A stretch of 57,894 nucleotides of DNA from a bacterium (GTDB lineage Bacteria > UBA8248). The translations under genes were made by a program, and so were the position numbers. This document shows, in pieces, positions 52,510 to 57,894 of the stretch (the first letter of the stretch is position 1; each line of letters starts with the position of its first letter). The notes below the pieces were generated by a model, which did not search any database, was not told the DNA's origin, and was given only the letters and a program-made list of their open reading frames with translations. The DNA lies in the NCBI GenBank assembly GCA_965213685.1, contig CBDBZY010000033.1, positions 1 through 57,894 of the forward strand. The letters are read 5' to 3'.

Positions 52510-52967
52510 TATGTTTTCGTCTGTGTGGAGCGGGAACGGCGCATGAACCGGACAGGAGTCCCATACTCCGGTCCGGCCACGTCCTCCGCTTCTCTATGCA
52601 CAATATCTTCCTGTGGCCCGAGTTTGCTTGTCCACCACCCGCTGGCCAGCTGCTTCGCCGCATGGGTAGGCTTGATGTCTCCATCTTTACGCAGAGCGAA
52701 CAGCGCCACCTTTTCATACCCCGCTTCCAGTGCGCCGTCTTCGCATTCTTCATACCCCAGCGTCTCGAACGCGGCGAGAAACGCGGACAGGGTCTCTTCC
52801 CTGGGAACGCCTGGAGGCCAGAACCCTGGACCGGACGGCCACCACCACCGGTTGTTGTGGCCGGCAGCCCAAGCGATGCAGTTGTAGCGTTTTGCCGGCG
52901 GGCTCGTTATATGGTGATTTTGGGAATTGAGGTTTGGGAAGGGTGCGCGCCGCGAGCTACGGGGCAT
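52509..52967 (-). CDS. DUF7689-like protein with putative Cys/His catalytic pair
   Basis: FPNL...TSP...YNCIAWAAG...THAA...WTSKLG...YG pattern; family name from memory. Confidence 0.65.
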   Translation of the reverse strand: MPRSSRRAPFPNLNSQNHHITSPPAKRYNCIAWAAGHNNRWWWPSGPGFWPPGVPREETLSAFLAAFETLGYEECEDGALEAGYEKVALFALRKDGDIKPTHAAKQLASGWWTSKLGPQEDIVHREAEDVAGPEYGTPVRFMRRSRSTQTKT

Positions 52968-53334
52968 TCCTCTCCTCCGCCCAGGAAAGCCATGCCTCGG
53001 CCATTTTCAGGGTGTCGCCATAAGCGTCTTCCGGGATCGGGTCATGGCCTGTGATGGCCTCCAGAGCGGCAAACCAATGATCGGGGTCGTCTCCCTCTCG
53101 TCTCAACTGGGCCAAGATGAGCGGGAGTGCCTTTTCTCCCATGCCGATAATCTGCTGATACGAGGGACAGGCGAACATTTCGGATAGAGAGGATGTGAAC
53201 CCTCTCTCCACGTGCCATTGCTCCATCCGTTGGGCGAACGTGAGCTCGTCCGGAATGAAGAGGGCATTGCGTTCGTTTGTCTCCGCCGTTGTACATTTGG
53301 ATGGGTTTTTTATCTTTTTCCTGCGCCCCGTCAT
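52957..53334 (-). CDS. Small helical hypothetical protein, overlapping partner of the DUF7689-like gene
   Basis: W...SS....PSYQQIIGMGEKALPLILAQL...HWFAALEAITGHDP...W..W; GGAG RBS; overlaps the downstream gene. Confidence 0.7.
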   Translation of the reverse strand: MTGRRKKIKNPSKCTTAETNERNALFIPDELTFAQRMEQWHVERGFTSSLSEMFACPSYQQIIGMGEKALPLILAQLRREGDDPDHWFAALEAITGHDPIPEDAYGDTLKMAEAWLSWAEERNAP

Positions 53335-53661
53335 GAACTCCCCTCCTTTTTTCGGTATCTCTATAGGCGTTCGTTTGTCGAACAGATGCCGGTTTGAACG
53401 CGCTGCGGAGAATCGAGGAAACGCGAAGCCGTTGGATGCGAACCACCCCGTTGAGAGGTTATCAGAGGGAGTGGGAAGTGGGCAAAACTCGTCAAAACTT
53501 CATTGCGCGGGACGCTGGCCGGATTCGGAGGATGAGCGGCGGCGGGCAGTTCTTCTTTGTCGCCTGGACGAGTCTCTGGTGGTCGGCTATGTTCTCTCTC
53601 TCCCCGAATGTGTCGTCGGATGGGGGTATGGACGGGTTGGATCCAAGAGCCCGGATTGGGT

Positions 53662-53706
53662 CGGAGGAGTGATGGGCCTGCGCAGGTGGAAGGACAGGAT
53701 GGCGGC
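53662..53706 (+). repeat. 45-bp direct repeat, copy 2
   Basis: CGGAGGAGTGATGGGCCTGCGCAGGTGGAAGGACAGGATGGCGGC; contains the functional start ATG at 53672. Confidence 0.9.
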
Positions 53707-54460
53707 GCGCCTGTTGACGCGGTATCCCGCCCTGGTGCGGAGGTGGGCGGGAGCCAGGGATTTCTCGGGACTGGCCGGCGAGACGCCCTGGGCACCACTG
53801 GAGAAGCCGTTGCGCGAATGCCGGGTCGGGCTGGTGACGACGGGCGGGGTGCATCTGAAGGCGCAGCGGCCCTTCGACATGGAGAACCCCGACGGCGACC
53901 CGACGTTTCGCGAGATACCGGCAGACGCCCGGCGCGAGGAGCTGACCATCACGCACGATTATTACGACCACCGGGACGCCGATGCGGACCTGAACATCGT
54001 CTTCCCCCACGAGCGCATCCAGGAGCTGGCGGCGGAGGGCGCGATAGGCGGCGCCGCATCCGCCCACCTGAGCTTCATGGGCCACATCGACAACGACCTG
54101 GTCGGGCGGCTGGTGGAGGAGACGGCCCCCGAGGGGGCGCGCCGCCTGCGCGAGGCGGGGGCGGACGCCGTCCTCCTCGCCCCGGCGTGAGGGCTGTGCA
54201 ATCGCTCGGTCGGGCTGATCCAGAACGCGATAGAGCGGGCGGGGGTGCCCACCGTCTCGGTGAGCATCGTGCGGGAGATCACGCTCGCCCTGCGGCCGCC
54301 GCGCGCCGTCTTCCTGCCCTGGCCTCTCGGCCATCCCTTGGGGAGGCCGGGCGACCTCGCACAGCAGCGCGCGGTGCTCCTCGACATGCTGGAGGTGTTG
54401 GAGACGGCCGGGGAGGCCGGCGCGCTCATCGACCTGGCGCACCCCTGGACGAGCGGATGA
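53672..54460 (+). CDS. Selenoprotein of the glycine/sarcosine/betaine/D-proline reductase B family (Sec at TGA 54188-54190)
   Basis: LVTTGGVH, GDPTFREIP, HDYYDH..AD.DLNIVFP, then ADAVLLAPA-U-GLCNRSVGLIQNAIERAGVPTVS continuing in the same frame to 54460 (UxxC motif). Confidence 0.88.
54201..54219 (+). promoter_or_regulatory. Bacterial SECIS-like hairpin
   Basis: AUC-GCUC[GGUC]GGGC-U-GAU begins at the 11th nucleotide after the UGA; the GGUC loop recalls the E. coli fdhF SECIS loop. Confidence 0.7.
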
Positions 54461-54673
54461 GGGCGTCGCGCGTCCGGGCGATTTTCGGACGTTTGCTCGA
54501 TGTCCAAAAATGATAACATGGAAAGACACCGGGGGGTTGGGGGCGAGTGGGGGCGAGAGAAGACGGAGGTTTTTCGGCGGCGAGACACAGAGGTTTTGAC
54601 GCTTTTTCTCTCCCTCTTGGGCATCCGCCCTCCCCTCCCCATGGTTCCGTCATCGGAGAGTGGAAGGCGGCAT

Positions 54674-54694
54674 CCCCCCCCCCCCCCCCCCCCC
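54674..54694 (+). repeat. Poly-C(21) tract upstream of the dioxygenase RBS
   Basis: CAT-C21-GTCCCCGCCGAGGAGATAACCATG. Confidence 0.85.
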
Positions 54695-54715
54695 GTCCCC
54701 GCCGAGGAGATAACC

Positions 54716-55312
54716 ATGGACGCAGCCATTGAGCGCAGCCCGCCCATCGCCCGCCTGGTGGAGGATTTGGCGGCCATCCACGAGGGAGGCGCCCGGGGGC
54801 GCGACTTCATTCGCGCGGCGGCACCCGCCCTGAGACGCCTGTTGGCGGCGGGCCCCTCGCTTCCCCCGGAGGTGCTCGCGCCGTCGGACGCAGGGTACGC
54901 CCGCCACCTGCTGCATCGGGATCCGGAAAACCGCTTCGTGGTGGCGGCCATGGTCTGGAAGCCTGGCCAGGGCACCCCGATTCACGATCATGACGGCTCG
55001 TGGGGGATGCTCGGGATGGTGCGCGGCGGCCTGGAGGTCGTGAATTATTTTGCGGACACGGAGATCGCCGAGGGGGAGATCACGCTCAGCAGCGACCCGC
55101 CCCACACGCCTGCGGCGGGGGCACCGGACGCCGTTTGCGGCTGCGCGGACATCCATACGGTGCGCAACCGGCGCGATGATGTGGCCGTTTCCATTCACGT
55201 CTATCCGCGCGATCTGGAGACGTGCCATTTTTTCGAGCCCCTCGGTCGCGAGAAGGGCCGTTTTCGCGCGCGCCGCGTCTCCATCTCCTACACGGGCGAT
55301 TCCGCTTCCTAG
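54716..55312 (+). CDS. Cysteine dioxygenase (thiol dioxygenase) family cupin
   Basis: YARHLLH, WKPGQGTPIHDH, DIHTVRN, SIHVY. Confidence 0.85.
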   Translation: MDAAIERSPPIARLVEDLAAIHEGGARGRDFIRAAAPALRRLLAAGPSLPPEVLAPSDAGYARHLLHRDPENRFVVAAMVWKPGQGTPIHDHDGSWGMLGMVRGGLEVVNYFADTEIAEGEITLSSDPPHTPAAGAPDAVCGCADIHTVRNRRDDVAVSIHVYPRDLETCHFFEPLGREKGRFRARRVSISYTGDSAS

Positions 55313-55571
55313 CCGCTTCCGCTCCTCCGTCGGGGAGCGGGACGGGCCGCTCCCGGGCAGGGCGGCGCGCCCCTGGCGTTTTGCTCCCGGGGTTGATCGG
55401 GAACGGGCATGTGCGAAAATCCTCCGGGGACGGCATCGAATGGCGCTCTCTTCGCGGGTTGCGCGGGGGGTTCCGGGGGTTCGCGCGCCATTCGCGAGGG
55501 GGACGGAGCCGTTCTTGTTGGAACGGGCAGAATTCCGCACGCACATCATTTCATTTTCCCAAGAGGTTTGT

Positions 55572-56438
55572 ATGCGCACCAAGGGTGGCTGGTATGCTGG
55601 TTTTGAGAGGGTGTCGAACTTTCAGATGTCGTTCCGGGAGTGGAGGCCCGCGAGGCGCCCCTTGTTTTTGCCCGTCATCGCACTGCACGGTTCGCTCAGC
55701 CAGGGCGGCATGTGGAACGCCACGGCGGAGGGTGCGGGCACCATACGGATGATATGCCCGGATCAAAGGGGATACGGGAGAACGGACGATCCGGGCACAG
55801 GAGACGCCGCGGCGGATTTCGCAAAAGACGTCATCGGCCTCGCCGACGCGCTTTTGCTGGATCGTTTTGTGGTCATGGGCCATTCGTTCGCCGCTTCGAT
55901 CGCCCTGGCCGCCGCCTCCGGGCGGCCGGATCGCGTCGCCGCGACCGTTCTGGTGGATCCGGCCATGCGCGGAAGTCCGGGCGGCCCGGACGCCGGCCTG
56001 GCGGCGGCGCGGGAGCGGCCGGTGGCGTTCGAGAATCTCGAGCAGGCGCGGAAATTTATCGTGGAGCGCGAAGAGGGGCCGTGGCCGCCCGCCCGGACGA
56101 AGCGATTCTTGTCGGACGTGTTGTTGCGCGACGGTGCGAACGGCGTTTGCAGGGTTCCGTATGAGAAAAGCCGGTTTCTTCGGTTGCGGGAGTTTCAGGC
56201 CACCCCGGCGAGCGATTACGACCCCGTTTCCTGGGCGCGGGGGACGGAATGCCCCTCCCTGGTGTTCCGAGGCGGGGAAAGCAGGCGATTCGACGCGGAG
56301 TCGGAGAAGCGGCTCCTGCGCACCCTGCCCGCGAAGTCGCGGGTGGTCGTATGCGAAAAATCCGGCCATTTCCCGACCGTATCGCAGCCGTCCGTCGTGC
56401 AGCGCGCGCTGAAAGAATTTCTGACGGGACTGGAATGA
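55572..56438 (+). CDS. Alpha/beta hydrolase
   Basis: LHG, PDQRGYG, GHSFA nucleophile elbow, SGHFP. Confidence 0.85.
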   Translation: MRTKGGWYAGFERVSNFQMSFREWRPARRPLFLPVIALHGSLSQGGMWNATAEGAGTIRMICPDQRGYGRTDDPGTGDAAADFAKDVIGLADALLLDRFVVMGHSFAASIALAAASGRPDRVAATVLVDPAMRGSPGGPDAGLAAARERPVAFENLEQARKFIVEREEGPWPPARTKRFLSDVLLRDGANGVCRVPYEKSRFLRLREFQATPASDYDPVSWARGTECPSLVFRGGESRRFDAESEKRLLRTLPAKSRVVVCEKSGHFPTVSQPSVVQRALKEFLTGLE

Positions 56439-57894
56439 ACAAGCCAAACGGCAACAACCTGCACATAGAGACCGAGCTCCGTCGGGATCTGGGGCTGACG
56501 TCCGCGCTGTCCATCGGCGTCGGCACGATGATAGCGGCGGGCATTTTCACGCTCTCCGGCCTGGCGGTCCGGAACGTGGGGTCATCGGCCGTCATCGCCT
56601 TTCTTCTGGCCGCACTCGTCGCCACGTTCACCGTGCTGACGTATTGTGAATTCGCGTCCCTGTATCCGGAGTCCGGGGAGGGATATTTATACGCCCGCAG
56701 AACGTTTCCGCCGCCGCTCGCCTACCTGGTGGGATGGACGCTGGTGCTCGGCTATACCTCCTCGTGCGCCTTCTACATCAGCAGCCTGTCTTCGTATTTC
56801 AATGAATTCGTTTGGCACTCCCCCTACGAGCAAGTCTCGGGAACCCTGGCGCTCATATGCCTTGTGTTGCTGAACATCAAGGGGACGAAGGAATCGGCCC
56901 GCTTTCAGGTCTTGATCACCGCCGGAAAGGTGGTGCTTCTGATCTGGTTTGTCTACGGCGGGCTGGGAAACGTGGATACGCAGGCGCTGTGGGGGAGGAT
57001 GAGCGCGGACATTCCCGCAATCGGCGCGACGGCCGGCCTGGTCTTCATTACCTTTTTTGGTTTCTCGGCGATTGCGGCTTCAGCCGGAGAGAGGTCATCA
57101 ACCCCGTCAAAACGATCCCCCGCGCGATATTTCTTTCCATGGCCGTCGTGACGATTCTCTACGCGCTGGTGGTGTTTGTCATCGTCGCCGCGAATCTTAC
57201 GGAATATACCGAAGCGGCGATGGGGAATGCGGCGCGTCTTTTTTTGGGGCCCATCGGCGGCATGGTGATCGTCGTCGGCGCCCTTTTCTCGATGATTTCC
57301 GCATCGAACGCATCCATTCTGGCGGGTTCGCGGGTGGTGTTGTCCATGGCGCAGCTGGGGCACCTGCCCTCCGGCATCGCCGCCATCAACCCGCAGACGC
57401 GCACTCCCATCATCTCGCTTCTTCTGGTGGGGGGAACCATCGTTCTCTTCGCGCAAAACTTTCACCTGGAGAAGCTCGCGCATTTTGCGGACACCATTCT
57501 TTTGCTGGCGCTGATGCTGGTGAACGCCGCGCTCATATACCACCGGAGGAGGTTTTCCCGGCCTGGCGAGGCCTTTCCGCGTCCCGTTCGTGCCGCTGCT
57601 GCCGCTTTTGGGAATCGGCGCGAACATCTATTTGCTCTCCCTGATACTCCAGCACGTCGAGCCGGTCGTCATGGCGGTTCTGTGGCTGGCGGTGGGGATG
57701 CTCGGCTTTCTGGCCTGGAAGGGCTCCCAGGCGGAGGAGGAGCTCTTGCCGGGCGAGCCCTCCCGCGTGGCGCAGGTCAGCATGGAGGTGGGCGGGGAGA
57801 GCGACTTCCGCGTGTTGGTTCCCATCGCAAACCCCGACGAACGTGGCGCCCCTGGTGGACCTGGCGTCGGCGATCGCCAAGGAAAATGACGGCG
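56435..57894 (+). CDS. APC-family amino acid permease with probable C-terminal USP domain (frameshifts near 57088, 57555 and 57850; runs off the window)
   Basis: LRRDLGL..ALSIGVGTMIAAGIF, TFFGF, ASNASILAGSR, FRVPFVP, then FRVLVPIANP. Confidence 0.85.

Overview
GC-rich bacterial chromosome segment. The split F-ATPase gene order (b', b, delta, alpha, gamma, beta, epsilon without a/c) and a secreted ankyrin cluster suggest a deltaproteobacteria/Nitrospinota/Tectomicrobia-like, possibly host-associated lineage (inference only). The left and middle parts carry housekeeping genes (pncB-like, nrnA-like, atpF'FHAGDC) and a long catabolic region: crotonases, two FAH-family genes, two CMD genes, an LLM oxidoreductase, a TPP E1 alpha/beta pair, HMG-CoA lyase, a CoA transferase, peptide and sugar ABC parts, a creatininase, an HmfE-like hydrolase and three paralogous alpha/beta hydrolases. 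Many genes, including an ATP synthase subunit, are broken at short homopolymers, which looks like long-read indel error. Four features stand out. (1) A tandem trio of ankyrin genes (40013-43357): only the first has a signal peptide, the copies are mosaics of each other, and variation concentrates in the first two bases of the codons at DARPin-type binding positions, a candidate cassette-based diversification system. (2) A selenoprotein missed by the ORF track (GrdB/PrdB-like, UxxC, in-frame TGA at 54188 with a SECIS-like hairpin). (3) A 1.15-kb two-gene cassette bracketed by a 45-bp duplication of that gene's start. (4) A single-chain restriction-modification gene frameshifted at a G15 tract. 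No rRNA, tRNA, CRISPR array, integrase, transposase or reverse transcriptase was recognised. All counts and alignments were made by eye.
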